Source: the human T2T-CHM13v2.0 reference genome, Homo sapiens
DNA: 64,000 nucleotides
NCBI RefSeq assembly: GCF_009914755.1
Contig: NC_060941.1
Reading direction: 5' to 3' (one strand)
The notes below the pieces were generated by a model. It saw only the letters and a list, made by a program, of their open reading frames with translations, searched no databases and was not told the DNA's origin. The translations under genes and the position numbers were made by a program. This document shows, piece after piece, positions 43,531-57,289 of the stretch (positions are counted from its first letter, which is position 1; each line of letters begins with the position of its first letter).

Positions 43531-43949
43531 GCACGTGTTACTAGGTGTACACAGGCTAACCCAGTCACCACCCACAAAGGCAGCAGCTGCTGGTGGCTGC
43601 TCTCACCCGTGTGAAGACACACACATCATACAAGATCGAGCGTGTGTTCATGACACCGCTTAAGAGACACCCGAATCCGGGGAGAAGGATAAGGGACAGG
43701 CTGCAGAGAAGACCGCAAGCTAATCTCAGACCTCTCAGACCCTGAACTGTGCGTGTCTTTGAATTCACCCTTAATGTAAATTTCATTCTCCTTAGTTCAA
43801 GATCTTTCAAAAGTAGGGCTTTTCTAAGGTGTCCTTTCATTCTCATTCTCCTCCTGGAGACTCTCTGTGGGTTTCTCTTCAGCCATGCACATGTTACTAG
43901 GTATACACAGGCTAACCCAGTCACCACCCACAAAGGCAGCAGCTGCTGG
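43531..43949. repeat. 63-bp direct repeat pair (43531-43593 and 43887-43949)
   Basis: GCACRTGTTACTAGGTRTACACAGGCTAACCCAGTCACCACCCACAAAGGCAGCAGCTGCTGG, 2 mismatches. Confidence 0.95.
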
Positions 43950-44219
43950 CCACCACCGCCAGCCAGACTCACATCTTGGCACACCTTCAGACCGCCTGCC
44001 CGTGGAGCCTGATGGGGTGGGGGGTGGCAGGACCGAGCCCCCTCCTTCCAGTTCCAACCTGCTCTTGGAGAAGCATCTGTCACGGGGAGTGGCAGCCCCG
44101 TACCCTGCACCCTCCCCGGGCTCTCCCTGCCTCCCCGAGACTCAGCCAGAGGAGGTGGGGCTGGGAGGTGGCCTCTCCCTCTCACAGGGCCAGACCACCA
44201 CTGCTCTCCCTCCCCCAGG

Positions 44220-44585
44220 TCTGAGTTGGCTCAGGCCACCGTCTCAGAGGACCGCAGACTGTGGATGTAAACATTCATTCTCCCGCAGATCTTGAGGCCA
44301 GACGTCCAAGATGGAGATGTCAGCAGGACGGCTTCCTTCGGAGGCCTCTCTCCTTGCTCTCAGCTGGCCGTCCCCTCCCTGTGTCCTCCACAGCCGTCCC
44401 CATGTGGCCTGCATTCTACATTCCCTCTTCCACTGAGGACACCAGTCAGGTTGGATTGGGGCCCATCCCACCACCTCATTTCACCTGAATCACCTCTTCA
44501 AAGATCCTCTCTCCAAACACGGTCACACGCAGAGGTCCTGGGAGTTAGGACGGCACCATATAGATTTTGAGGGGCCCATGATATA
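44220..44585 (-). mobile_element. MLT1A-like LTR
   Basis: GAGGCCTCTCTCCTTG..GAGGACACCAGTCAGGTTGGATTGGGGCCC..CCTCATTT.ACCTGAATCACCTCTTCAAAG. Confidence 0.85.
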
Positions 44586-45089
44586 CCTGTTTCTTCTACT
44601 AATGTCTTTATTCCAACACAGCCACAGTGGTTCCTGTTCTGCAAACGTGGCAGAGCCTCCGCTCCTCCCCTTCCCCAGCTGCCACTCCCCATCAGCCACA
44701 GGCCCCATCTCTACCATGCCCTGTCCTCAGTGCCCTCCTGGCCTCCCCACTGCCCTGCCTCAGCCCAGACCCTCAGCTCCCTCCCCTACACTCATGTACA
44801 CCTGACCGGGGAGCCAGAAACGTGCCCCAGCCCTGTTACTGCCCCAGCAGAATCCTTCCCAGCTGAAGAAGAGACTGCCTCCACTCAGGATCCTTCCCTG
44901 ACCTCTGCAGGTGTGCTCATCCCCATCTACAGATGAAGAAACTGAGGACTTGATAGACGCAGAGCAAGGTATGGGGTCAAGGCTGAACTTCTAGAAGCAA
45001 TCAAAACTACCAAAAAACTGGTTCAAGAACACCACCATGCCCACTGCTGCCCACAGCCTGGGCGCTGAGTTTGAGATACCCCACAGGAG

Positions 45090-45925
45090 GGAGGTAGAAT
45101 ACTGGCCCCAAAATGTCCACGTCCTAACCCCTGGAACCTGTGACTATCTTAGGTTACACAGCAAGGAGGAAGGAAGGTTCCAGATGGGATTGGGGTTGCT
45201 CACTGGTGACCTTGAGATGGGAGGTGATCCTGGATGATCCAGGTGGCCCAACGTAACCACAGGGTCCTTAAAAGTGGAAGAGGAGACTGGGCGCAGTGGC
45301 TCAGACCTGTAATCCCAGCACTTTGGGAGGCCAAGGCGGGGTGGATTGCTTGAGGTCAGGAGTTTGAGACCAGCCTGGCCAACATGGTGAAACGCTGTCT
45401 CTACTAAAAAATAAATAAATAAAAAATTAGCCAGGCATGGTGGCCCACACCTGCAATCCCAGCTACTTAGGAGGCTGAGGCAGGAGAATCGCTTGAACCC
45501 AGGAGATGGGGATTGCAGTCAGCCAAGACTGCACCACTGCACTCCAGCCTGAGCAACAAGAGCTAAACTCTGTCTCTAAAAAAAAAAAAAAAAAAAGTGG
45601 AGGAGGCAAGAGAGTCGGTGTCAGAGACAATGTGATGATGGAGGTGGGTCGGAGAGAGCTGTGCTGCTGGCTCCGCAGGGTGAGGGCTTCCATCTTGAAG
45701 AAGGAAGAGGGAGCTGGGAGCCAAGGAGCGCAAGCAGCCTCCAGAGACTAGAAGAGGCCCGGAAACAGACCGCACCTTTGACACTCCAGAAGGGAATGCA
45801 GCCTTTCTGCATTTTAGCCCAGAGAGGCCAGTGTCGGACTTCTGACCTCCAGAACGGCAAGATAATGAACTTCTGTGTTTTAAGCCACTAGGTTTGTTGC
45901 AGTTTGTTACGGTAGTCCTAGAAAA
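45090..45925 (+). mobile_element. MLT1D-like LTR split by an Alu
   Basis: GGCCCCAAAATGTCCACGTCCTAACCCCTGGAACCTGTGA ... GACTTCTGACCTCCAGAAC..GTGTTTTAAGCCACTAGGTTTG. Confidence 0.88.
45285..45592 (+). mobile_element. AluS-type element inside the MLT1D
   Basis: TSD AAAAGTGGARGAGG at 45270-45283 and 45593-45606. Confidence 0.93.
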
Positions 45926-46734
45926 CTTAATCTACCACTTCTACACCAAGAAGGGTGACGCTTCAACCACCCCAGTACAGCTTCCTAGAGAGGGGAGGCC
46001 TCATCTCCTTCCCCGAGACCCGTCAGCTCCCGGATCAGGGTCTGCCATGGACACACCTGCCTGGCCAAGTCCGGGCCACATGGCTGGCCTTAGCTGCAGG
46101 GGAGGCTGGGGAAGGGAGGGAGGCTGGGGAAGGGAGGGAGGCAGCCCTCACCCTACTAAGTTCCATCATTCCAGAAAGTCCTCCATCACAGAGAGGCCTC
46201 CAGTTGCCAGGCAGCCAGAAAGACAGGGAGGAGCTCCAGGGCAGGGGGTTTGGTGGAATCTGGAGACTCAAGTCCAACAGCGACCACAGAGCCCTCTCAG
46301 AGACCAGCAAGTCCGAACTAAATCCAGAGCCGAGCGAAGGGAGCAGCTCACCCTGGTGCCTAGCACCACCTCAGTCCTCTGTCTCTGTTGAGGATTTTCT
46401 CGGGACCTGCTTCTCTTGTGTCCAGGATGGCCAAGGTGCTTCGGCACTTCTGGAAGTAAGGGCCCTGCCGACCCTCCACTCACAGGCAGCCCTTGGAGCC
46501 TGCAGACGCCTCTCCCATGTCACTGAGGTTCTCCCACCTCTGAACTCACCCTTAGAAGGCACCCCCGCCCCCCACCCCCCGCCCCATCCCTCGAGGAGAA
46601 CCATCCGGAGCTCCCACTTTGGGCACACTCACTGCCAGCCAAGCTCAAGGAAGGGGTCCCCACCACGAAGCGCCCCAAGGGCAGGACTCCTGCCCTGTGT
46701 ACTCAGAGACTGGGGAAGGCAGCATGTGTGTGTG

Positions 46735-47245
46735 TTTAAAGGGCGTGATTGAGGTGTGACTGGCATATGGCACACCTCCCATGGTTAAAGGGTACAGTTT
46801 ATGCGCTATGACATGCAGATATGCCCGTGAAACCATCACCACCATCAGGATAGGGAACATATCCGTCACCCCCAAGGTTTCCTCCTGCCCTGATGTGCCC
46901 TCCTCCTCCTCCTCCCTCTCCCTGTATTCCCCACCCCCGGGCAACCACTGCCTTGCTGTCTGTCCCTGTACATGAGTTTGCCTTTTCTGGAGTTTATATA
47001 AGTGAAATGACACAGTACATACTTCTTTGTTGCCTGGCTGCCTTCCCTCAGCACCATTCCCCAGAGATGCGGCCATGCCCTTGCCTGCACCAAAGGTTCA
47101 CTCCTTTTCATTGCTGAGTAGTATTCCATCGCATGGATGTGCTACAATTTGCTTAGCTGCTGTTGGTGTACATTTATCTCCAGGTTAGGGGTATCGTAAA
47201 TCAAGGCACTATCAACATTTGGATGGACATGTGCTTTTATTTTTA
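46735..47245 (-). mobile_element. Old L1M 3' end
   Basis: GAAACCATCACCACCATCAGGATAGGGAACAT..GGCAACCACTG..TTTCATTGCTGAGTAGTATTCCAT; ORF 46866..47129 begins MEYYSAMKR. Confidence 0.85.
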
Positions 47246-47262
47246 AAAATAAGTGAGTTTGG

Positions 47263-47639
<377 letters not shown>

Positions 47640-50296
47640 CTAGGGCATGGGAGGCAGCACCCCTTACCACCAGCGGAAGCCCCAACTTTGAGAGCGAGGG
47701 GGTTTGGGGGGACGAGGTGCTGTTTATGGTTTTGCAGTTGCTCCAGGGGAAAGGCGGGCTAATGAACAGTTAGTGGGAAATAGTTTATTGAAGTGAACAG
47801 AACAAGAATACATTAAAATTATTAAGACTGTGGCCTGGGGCAGTAAGCGGCATCCTGTTTTCTCATAGTTTACATGACAGTGGGAGAACACAGGAAGTGG
47901 GGGGAGGATGCTGGGGGCAAGGAGATGCAGGGAGGCCTCTGCCAAGGGTCAGGTGGACCAGAAACTTCCCTGGACTCATCCTCCAAAAGTTAGCATCTTC
48001 TAGCAGACCCTCCAACCTTTGCACCTCCCACCCCATCCCATTCCGTCCACAGCAGTGCCTCCTAGCCACTTCTCTTTGCTTACTAACAAAAGAAAAGGGG
48101 GAAAGCCTTCCTTCCCAGCTAGGGCAGGATGCTGTCTCATCACCTGTCTCAGCGGGCCACGCCAGTAAGCAGGAAGCGGCCACTGTCGCTTCTGCAGGGA
48201 AGGAATGGGCTTCCCGGTGTCTCCGGGGCTTAATACTAAAATCATCATCCCCCGTCTGGAACCAGGATTCTCACGGCCCCATCTGCATTCTCCTTTTTTG
48301 TGCCAATAGCAGGATTCTCGATATTCAGCTGGGCACCTCATCGTCCAGGATAAAGACCACGCCTCCCGGGCTGGGTGTGAGTCTGTGACTACTCTCCCAC
48401 CGATGGGATATACACAGAAGTGACAGCTCCAGCTCCCGGGTCACACACTGAAGGGGGCATCCCCCCATCTCTACCGCATGTTTGCAATGCGGTGAATTGT
48501 GAGCCTTCTTGGGCCAAGCATGTGGGCCGACACCCTTAGGATGGGGAGTCCCGAGAGAGAAGGTGCTCGAGCCTCCGGTGACCTCCCGGGGCTCAGCCAC
48601 CTGCCTCCAGATGGTCACTTCTGAGAAAATTAACTTCTGATCTGTGGAAGACCCATGGAAGCCTGGAGCCTCGGTCATGCTCAGCCTCATGTATGTCTTA
48701 ACGGAAACACCATTTCTATCTCAATTCAGCCTCGAGCCTCAGAATGAAACAGGAAGATGCACCCAGCAAATAATACTTTTGGCATGTTACTAATAAAATA
48801 AGGAAAGGAAAAACCTGGGGCTCAGACGGTCATCTGATTTGCCAACAGCCACACACGGAGGTGTGACCAGGCTGGGGACTGCAGGAGCCCTGGCCCTTCC
48901 CTGTCCAGGGAATGTGCCCTCTGAGGAGCCTGGTCTGTTATTCTGTTTCCAGCAGTAGTAATCAAGGACCCTGGGCTCCCAGGTGACTTTGACCAGTGCC
49001 TCCACCTGATGCCACCTTCCCCCCAGGTGCATCTTCAACATAGCTTCCCCCACCCCCTGGAGTGTCCAGCTGGGCACAACCAGGCCCCATGGCACCTGAG
49101 AAATAGGAACACAGCCTCCCCGGTGAAGTAGAGGAGAGTTTAAGCCAGGACTTTGCCTGTGCCGAGGGCCTGGGAGCCGGGCTCAGCTCTGCCTGCCTGC
49201 CAGGGATGGGACCAGGGCTCGGCTTTCTCCTCTGCTAACAGGAAAGACCCCATAAGCCCTCAGGCCTGACTCCAGGAGTGAGACCTGTGATTCTATGTGA
49301 AACAGCCCCAGGCTGCCCACAGCAAGCCAAAGAATAAGAGCCCGCGCCTCTCCAAGGATCCGAGACCCAAGCAGCCTGGTGCCTTCTGCAAAACCTCTTC
49401 CTGCTTCTCTTCTGCAGGGAGCAGCGGCGTAGGTGGCTGGGGTGGTAGGGAGGAGAGGTGAGCTGCTTATTGCTGGAGATGACTTTCCTCTCTCCTCCTC
49501 CTTCTCTGGGCAGCTCGTTTTTTCCAAAATAACTCTTCTTCCTCCCTCCCCAGGTTGCTAGTTTCTGTCTCTCCTCCAGGCTTCCAAGTGCCCCCTGCAA
49601 GGGCAGCCGGCGGAGGGAGCAGGGGAGGGCTTACGTTCTCAAGATGCAGAAGTACAAGCGTAGACAAAAGAGACCCCCACGGTCCCCGTCAACCCCCTCA
49701 CCTCTGTTTGAGCCCCCATCACTCCCCTGGGCTGCCTCTCTCTGCTGGCGGCAGAACAACTGCACAGAGGCTCTGCTCAGGCCTGCTCCCCGCCCAAGGG
49801 TCCTCACAGCATCCCAGGCCTCAGAGAAAGCGGCTGCTTTAAGCATTTAAAAGCTCCTACAGGCTCAACTCCCCCTCCTCTGTTCCAGGACCCCCAACTC
49901 CAAACAAACAGGTGTGCTGATCTATGCTTGACCAGGCCGGAGCCCTGGTCCCCAGCTGCCCTTGGCTCAAGTCACCCTCCCAGCCTAGCACATCCTTCTG
50001 TTCCCCACCCCAAACAAGGACAGACCTAGGGATGACCAACCCCGGCCTGGCCCCAATGCGCCTCCTGCTCAGACCTCTGCAAACCTGATCGTTTCCCCCT
50101 CGAAGACTCCCCTGGATTGTGGGACACCAGTTCTGATCTGAGATCTTAGGGCTAACACAGGAAATTAGGGGATGGGTGCATAGATGCAATCCCTGCTTCA
50201 TCACAAGGCCGCAGAGTCCTTGTCTGCCATGACGTGCCCGGGTTTAGACTGAAGAGGCAGGAGCTGGGGCCAGCGAGGGGAGCCCTGAACTCCATT

Positions 50297-50475
50297 CCTT
50301 TTAATTGAGGCGAAATTTATATAACATAAAAGTAGCCATTTAAAGTGTGCAATTGAGGGGCACTCGGTGCATTCACCATGTTTTGTAGCCAGCACCTCTA
50401 TCTTGCTGCACCTTCCATCATCCCAGAAGGAAAGACCTTACCCATGAGGCAGCAATTCCCTGTCTCCCACCACTG
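50297..50475 (-). mobile_element. L1MB-like 3' terminal fragment
   Basis: TTAATTGAGGCGAAATTTATATAACATAAAA..CCATTTAAAGTGTGCAATT. Confidence 0.75.
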
Positions 50476-50759
50476 GACTTTGTGTTTTCTTGGAAAGCTT
50501 TTGATCCGAGTGCCAATCTGCCCTCCAGAAAGGCAGATTGTCTATTTGATGATAAATAGACAAAAGGCAACTTTCTTCTATTATTCTTGCTTCACAGCAC
50601 CGGCCCTTTGGAATAGGAGCATCACACTGCCCTTGTCCCCTGGGCTTGACCACTGCCCCAAGCAACACGAGGGGGCATGAAGACCACAGCAGTGTCCTGA
50701 GCTGCCTTCGTGATCCACTTTGCTATTTGCCCAAAGAAAGGAGTAGCTCATGCAGGGCC

Positions 50760-50960
50760 TTTGTTCATTCATTGATTCAACAACTATTCTTTGCCACCTT
50801 TGAAGTGACCGGCTCTGGGGCAGGCAGAGGGGCCCACAGGCACGAGCAAGATGCAATCCTGCCCCCGCGCCCTGGGTGTGGAGTTGGGGAGACAGGTGGG
50901 TGAACAGCCAGATAACAAGTCCACCTGGTAAGTGCTCTGAGAAAAACCTGAAGAAATAAT
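50760..50960 (-). mobile_element. L2 3' end fragment
   Basis: TTCATTCATTGATTCAACAA start typical of the reversed L2 tail. Confidence 0.65.
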
Positions 50961-51159
50961 CAACCTATAGGGTGGCTTTGCCATCTTCTCCAAATATTGT
51001 CCTCCAAATTTCATGCAGCCATCTTCACCTCCCAGGCCATCTTTAACTACCAAAGCCAGGGCCACACATGCTGGGTGACACCTCAGCATGCAGGGACTTG
51101 AAGAGGCCACTCACAAAAGAAGACTGAGAAATGACTCCAAAGCAGGGACAGTGTCGAAT

Positions 51160-51830
51160 CCCACCAGTCACCAAAGCAAAGCAAATCAAAACAAAAGCCC
51201 ACTTCCATTTTTTCCACCTGCCAGATTTTGAAAATGCCCATTGCACCCAGTGCTTCAGTGGGTGCGGGGAAATGACCTCTCATTCGCTTGCTGGTGGGAT
51301 TCGGAGTCAGTGTAATCTTTCTGGAGGGCAGATTGGCACTCGGATCAAAAGCTTTCCAAATGTGTTTAACCTTTAACTCGGCAATTCCACTTATAGGAAT
51401 TTACCCTAAGGAGAAACTCAGGAACAAACACAAAGACTTATCTGGAAAGATTTATGTACTAGAATATTTGCACCATTGCTCATAACATCAAAAGATTGAA
51501 AACAAACTAAATGTCCAACTCCAGGGTGCTTGGTAAATAATTTGTGCACTCATTAAAAATCCTATTGTAGAAGAATATTGAATGCCATTGCAAAGTGTTT
51601 ATAAACCATTAAATGAAAAGATTTATAAAACAGAATGTGCAAAGCAATCCCATTATACTCCCCAGGCCTCCGAAGCAGGCTGGAAGGACATACTCCTGGG
51701 CCTGGCAGTGGTTTCCTCTGTGTAAGTGGACGACGGGCTATTTTGTATTTTCTTTTTTGAATTTTATGATTATATTCTAAATTTTCTACATTGGATCTGA
51801 ATCGTATTTGTAATTAAGAAAACTATAAGG
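51160..51830 (+). mobile_element. L1ME-like 3' fragment
   Basis: TTGCTGGTGGGA..CTTTCTGGAGGGCA..GCAATTCCACTTATAGGAATTTACCCTAAGG..AAATGTCCA. Confidence 0.8.
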
Positions 51831-52484
51831 AAAAATTTTTTAACTTGGTAAGGCATGTCATGGATCCAGTTTCTCCCCCAAGGTACCAGCTCACAGGGGA
51901 AGGAAGACTAAAGGACTGCTCCCTGATGAACGTGGGGGTCCGCCTGTAGGGTTTCCACGATGCTCGAGAACCCCGCAGAGTCTCAGGCCTTTGACCAAGA
52001 AGACTCCAGAGTGAGCGCCTTAGGGAAACACGGTCGGCCAAGCATGCAGCACCTCCGTGCCCAGACTGGATACGGCACTAATGATGCAAACAAGTCATCG
52101 CTCAGTCAGGGAGATGGGTCATTGTTGCTGTTGTTTTTATTTGTTGTTCAGTGGCCAGATGCAAACGTGTTGCATAAGAGCCACCCAGAGGCGGCTTGAG
52201 CTCTTCTCGGAGGAAATGTGGGTACTGTGTTGCTTGATCCTGCCTCTTGACAGTCCTTTCCAGATTCAAGTTTAAATGGGTTTGCCGGTATCAGGATGTT
52301 AGGGGCTCTCCAAATGCCAGTGGAGCAAATGGCCCATTGCAGACACATTTCCAACCCTCATCAGGGGCTTCTCAGGAAAAGGCCCAGCCCGTGTTAATTA
52401 TTATTTGAACACAAGTTCTGGAAGTTTCATCCTTACAAAATATTTTTAACGCTCGTGGTTCAGGAGAGGAAGGGAGAGAAGTGA

Positions 52485-52650
52485 GTAACACTTACTGACT
52501 CCCTACTATGCACTAGGCACCTAACGTGTATTTTCTCGTTTAACCCTCAAAATAATGCAGCGGGTCTGCATTATTGACCCCAGTTTACAGTTGTGGAAAC
52601 TGAGTCTCTGAGAGTCTAAGTGACCCAGACCTGCAAGGTTTGCTCAGCAC
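52485..52650 (-). mobile_element. MIR SINE
   Basis: TCGTTTAACCCTCA..CCCAGTTTACAGTTGTGGAAACTGAG.CTCTGAGAG..TAAGTGAC. Confidence 0.8.
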
Positions 52651-52837
52651 CCAGTAGCAGGCTTCCCCCAGAGCAAGCAACCCGGAAAAGCACGACAGCC
52701 CCCGCCCCACGAGGTGGAGGCCACAGTCTCTTCAGAACCTCATGGCCAGGGACGGCCGTCAGAGCCAGAGTCCACTCAGACAGCAAAGCAAGTCGTCTCT
52801 CCACTACCTCACGCCAGTGCCTCTTGCATTTGGATTA

Positions 52838-52963
52838 ACCAGGGTGATTTCTAAATCTGGACGTCCATCCTGCAGCCCACACAGGGTGCAGTCAACCCTC
52901 TGGGGTGGGACTCGCATCAGGACGTTGAAACCTCCCCAGGCGGCTCCAGTGTGAGAACCACTG
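52838..52963. mobile_element. MER5-like hAT-Charlie DNA transposon remnant
   Basis: CTCTGGGGTGGG..CTCCCCAGG..TGAGAACCACTG terminus. Confidence 0.6.
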
Positions 52964-54377
52964 CAGATGTGGGAAGGAACCCTCCAGCCTTCAAATCACC
53001 ACATCATCTGCCTCGGCCATCTCAAGAAATTCATCAGGAAGTGTGGGTCTAAACACTCTATAGATGCCCCCAGGGTCAAGAAGGAGACACGGGCAGTGAG
53101 AGTGATTCCAGGAAGAAAGTCGTTGACTGCAATTCACACGGTGCACGGGCCTATTTGGAGGCTTAGGGAGGACCCAGATGTGAATTTACAAGCCAGTGTC
53201 AGACACCAGCTTGTACACTCATCTGCCTTTCAGGGACTAGGTCCTCCCAGACCAGGAAGACATCCACCTTCAGCGTCCAGACTGGGGTCCATGAGGGACC
53301 GGCCAGGGCTGACCACACGGGGCCTGGGAGGCACCACCTTCCCCACCATTTCTCATGGTATTGACCTTTGATTATGTTCTCAAGGCACCGAGGAAGTGTC
53401 TTCTCACCGCAGTGTCTCAGGAATTCCCTGCAACCCTCCCCAGTGGCTCACCTCTCAGGAGGAGCTGCCCACACTTCCCTAGAGCGGGGGCCAGAAGATG
53501 GAGAAATGATGGAGACCCATCTTCACGGGCCTAGCTCCAGGACACAGGCAGACCCAGCCACCCTCAGGCTGCTCCCCCTGGAAGAAGGATGCCAGCTCTG
53601 TGGGGTCCCTGGAGTGTCGTTTATAATTGCCCTTGCACAGCACCCTGACGGAGGGTACCCAGCAGATCCCTCAAGGTTCTCCCTGCCCCCAGAGAATGAA
53701 CAGCTCACGGACAGCAGAGCTCCGTGTCATCCACCTCCTGCCAGGGCACAGGGGATCCTGGCAGCCGATGTGCCGTGGTGCCTGCGGCAGGGCAGGCTGC
53801 GCAGGGAGACAGCGAGCCCTCCGCGCTGCAGGAATGTGGGCCTCCTTCCTTGAGAATGCAACATTTCAGCAACCAAGAGACAACTCTATTGGGAGAACAA
53901 GAGCTAATTAAATTTACTGGGATCACTGAAGATGAAATTATTTAATATTCTGAACAGAATTTAATATTTGAAAGCACGAACAGCCTTGGTTCGTTGTAGA
54001 CGGGTTTTCCATCACCTGGGTCTGCATTAGGAGGATCCGTATACAGATGAGGGGTGGGGCCGGGGATGTGCTGCTTCTGGAAACCAGAGGAGATGGGAGA
54101 GGAACTGGAAATGGGCAGGAGGACAAAGTCCTCTTCGGGATCCTGGATGATTCTGCTCCACGTTTCCAGAGGGACCCCTGTTGGTGCCTCTAAAGTGATG
54201 GAAAATCACAGTTGTGGTGCCAGGACCCCATGTCTGGGGTCTCTGACCACTGCCTGCCTCCGCTCCACCTATCTCTAACCCAGGGTCATTGCTGGCCAAG
54301 TCACATGGTGAAGTCAGAGGATCCGGAAGCCAGTGCTCTTCCCTGGCATGCACGAGTCCCCGGCCACACGCTCCTGT

Positions 54378-54678
54378 GGCGGAGTACAGTGGCTCACACC
54401 TGTAATCCCAGCACTTCCGGAGGCTGAGGCAGGCAGATCCTTTGAGCCCAGGAGTCTGAGACCAGCCTGGGCAACATAGCAAGACCACGTATCTACTGAA
54501 AAAAAAAAAAAAAAAAAAGTTAGCAAGGCCTGATGGTGCACACCTGTGGTTCCAGCTACTTAGGAGGCTAAGTAAGGCAGGAGGATGGCTTGGGCCTGGA
54601 GGTCAAGGCTACAGTGAGCTGTGATCACAACACTGTACTCCAGCCTGGGCAACAGAGCAAGACCCTGCCTTGAAAAAT
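54378..54678 (+). mobile_element. AluJ element
   Basis: TTGAGCCCAGGAG..CCTGGGCAACATAGCAAGACC and GGTCAAGGCTACAGTGAGCTGTGAT. Confidence 0.92.
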
Positions 54679-56535
54679 TTCATTTAAAACACTCCTGTAT
54701 TCCACAGGGGACACTGAAAGAGAGATGGGCACTTTTACCAAGTCCCTGAGATACCCAAGTTTGGACCCAGTCAGGAATTTCTCAGCCATTTTTCCTAAAG
54801 TCACTCTGCAGACCATCCACGAAGTTCCTCAAGGAGAGTTTCTCCTAAAGGAGCTGTCGGCCCATGTTGGCAACGCCCCACAGTGTTCACGGGGCCATGA
54901 CTCGGCCTCCAGAGTCCGGGGCTCGGTTTCCCCAGATACCCTGGAAAAACTGTGAGTACAGAGCCCAGGAGCCACAGCTAAGACTCAGCCACCTGGGGCT
55001 CCTGCATGGGCAAAGTGGCCGCCAGAAGACTCCCTGGAGAGCTTGACTGTGGGGCCCCAGGCCAGAGCCACTGTCAGTGCCAGCGGGCAAGGCCACCACC
55101 AACCGGAGAAGCTCTGGGCTCAGGTCATTCCGGGTGCACCCCCTCCCCGGGGCGGCAGCTGCAGGGAGAACACAGAACGCGTGTCCACCGTAGGGAGGTG
55201 GGCTGGGTGGGCAGGCCCCAGTGTGAGCCCTGCAGGGCCCTGGTCTCATGGATGCACAGGTGAGCCACCTCCTCACTGCCTGATCAAACCCCAGATGGGC
55301 AGATGCCTCCGCAGGCCCCCAGTGGGACTTGGTGCCAGCCAGACTCCAGCGGCTGTTTTTTTTTTTAACTGTAACGGATTCTGTGTGCTCCACACCCTGA
55401 GGGCCTGGAGACTGGACATGCTTTGTAACTGAAATTAGAAGTCAATAAACCGAGGGCCAGGTGGGTCAGTAGAATTTCCATCGTGAGGCATCGGAGGCTG
55501 CTCTCGGCACATCAGCCCTGGCTCCTTCTCTCATCCTTCCAACCCTTCACCCCAGTGAGTGGGAGTTTCTAAGAGCCCCGTGTCCTGATGTGCCACCCTT
55601 GGAAGAACAAAACCCTGAGACAAACTCGTATTTTGCTTTTTTTAATTGTCTCTCCCACTTTGCTTCCTGTTCAAACAGATTATCATGCACATCTGTAATC
55701 CCCACTTAAGCACCTAAGACCCCCTCTAAAATAACCCATTAATCCATTCCCACTCCTGTCTGCTGCTATTAACATGTTTGTCTTCGACGCCTTTGGCAGC
55801 TCATCCCCTTCCTCACTGGGCTTATCTGCCTTGCCCGGCATTGGGCATCCCATCCAGAGGTGGGAGGGGTGGCAGCCTGGAGCCCTGGAGGCCAGGGCCA
55901 CCTCCACACCTCTCCCATGCTTCCCAGACGCCACCCTCACACTCTGCTTTCTGTACTGGTGAAGGAGACAGGTAAGAACTGCAGATCCATCTGCCCTTGG
56001 CCATGGGTCAGCCCTGCCCACCTCACCGCCAGAGCCACTGGTGAGCAGGAAAGGCTGGGGCACCTCCCCTCGTCTACCAGTAGGAAAAGAGTGAATCCCA
56101 CTTCCACCCACACCCTCTATTCCATTCCAGGGGATCCAAAGGCCTTCCGCCCCTGCTGTCCTCAAGACAGGCTAAAACCCACACCCAAAGTGGGCTTTCT
56201 GGGCCAACCAACTATGGACACAGTACATAGCCTGCAAAGCCTCCTTGGACATCAGAGCTGCCCCAGAACCCCGGCGTTCCCATAGACCCGCAAATGGGGT
56301 TCTATAGAGCACCCACTGCATGTCCGACTCTGTCTAAAGACCGTGGGTAACACAGAAGCATGAGGCACAGAGGGTCCTCAGGGAGCCTTCAGGGTAATTG
56401 ACCAACTCACCCCTAAGACAACGGGAGGGAGCACATGGGCTGTGAGTGTCTTGGCTGCACACAGAGAGGCCTACTGTTCTGCCATTTCCCATCCTCATGT
56501 CCTGGAACTTTCCTTCCATTTCCTCAATTATAAAA

Positions 56536-56844
56536 CTGGGGAGCAATGGCTCACACCTGTAATCCCAGCACTTTGGGAGGCCGAGGCGGGTAGATCACTT
56601 GGGGTCAAGAGTTCGAGACCACCCTGGCCAACATGATGAAACTCTGTCTCTACTAAAATTACAAAAATTAGCCAGGTGTGGTGGCATGCACCTGTAATCC
56701 CAGCTACTCAGGAGGTTGAGGCAGGAGAATTGCTTGAACCCAGGAGGCAGAGGTTGCAGCAAGCCGAGATCACCCCACTGCATTCCAGCTTGGGCAATAA
56801 AGCGAGACTCCATCTCAAAAAAAAAAAAAAAAAAAAAAAAAAAA
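56536..56844 (+). mobile_element. AluS-type element inserted in a MIR-like remnant
   Basis: Dimeric Alu with long poly-A; flanks TTTCCTCAATTATAAAA and TAGATGATATCTAAGGTTCCTTC are MIR-like. Confidence 0.92.
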
Positions 56845-57289
56845 CGTTGGCACTGACATAGATGATATCTAAGGTTCCTTCTGGCTCTCAAATTGTCTGC
56901 TTCTGTAATTCAGATCTGAGCGGTGAGGCATGGGTAAGACACTCCCAGAGTCTCAGGGATGCCTGGTTAAGGGCTGGAGGGGGCATGGAAGGCTTCCTGG
57001 CATCACCAGGATGCAGCCCAGATACTCATGGGCCCTGGCACCTGGAACCATCTGCTCAAAGGCATCACGTGGCAACCTGATCGTCCCATCATCTTCCAAA
57101 GCCTCAGAAGAGCAGCTGAGAAGGATCCTGGGAGCCCTGTCCTGTTACATAGGAGCTTCCCTGCCACGTTCCCTTCCTGCCTCCTCCCAGACGATTCTCT
57201 TGGATGCAAAGCAAGAATCTGAGGAGGCTGAGAGAAAGTCACTTTCACCAGATGATAATATTACACATCATTTTAAAATCTGAGCATGG

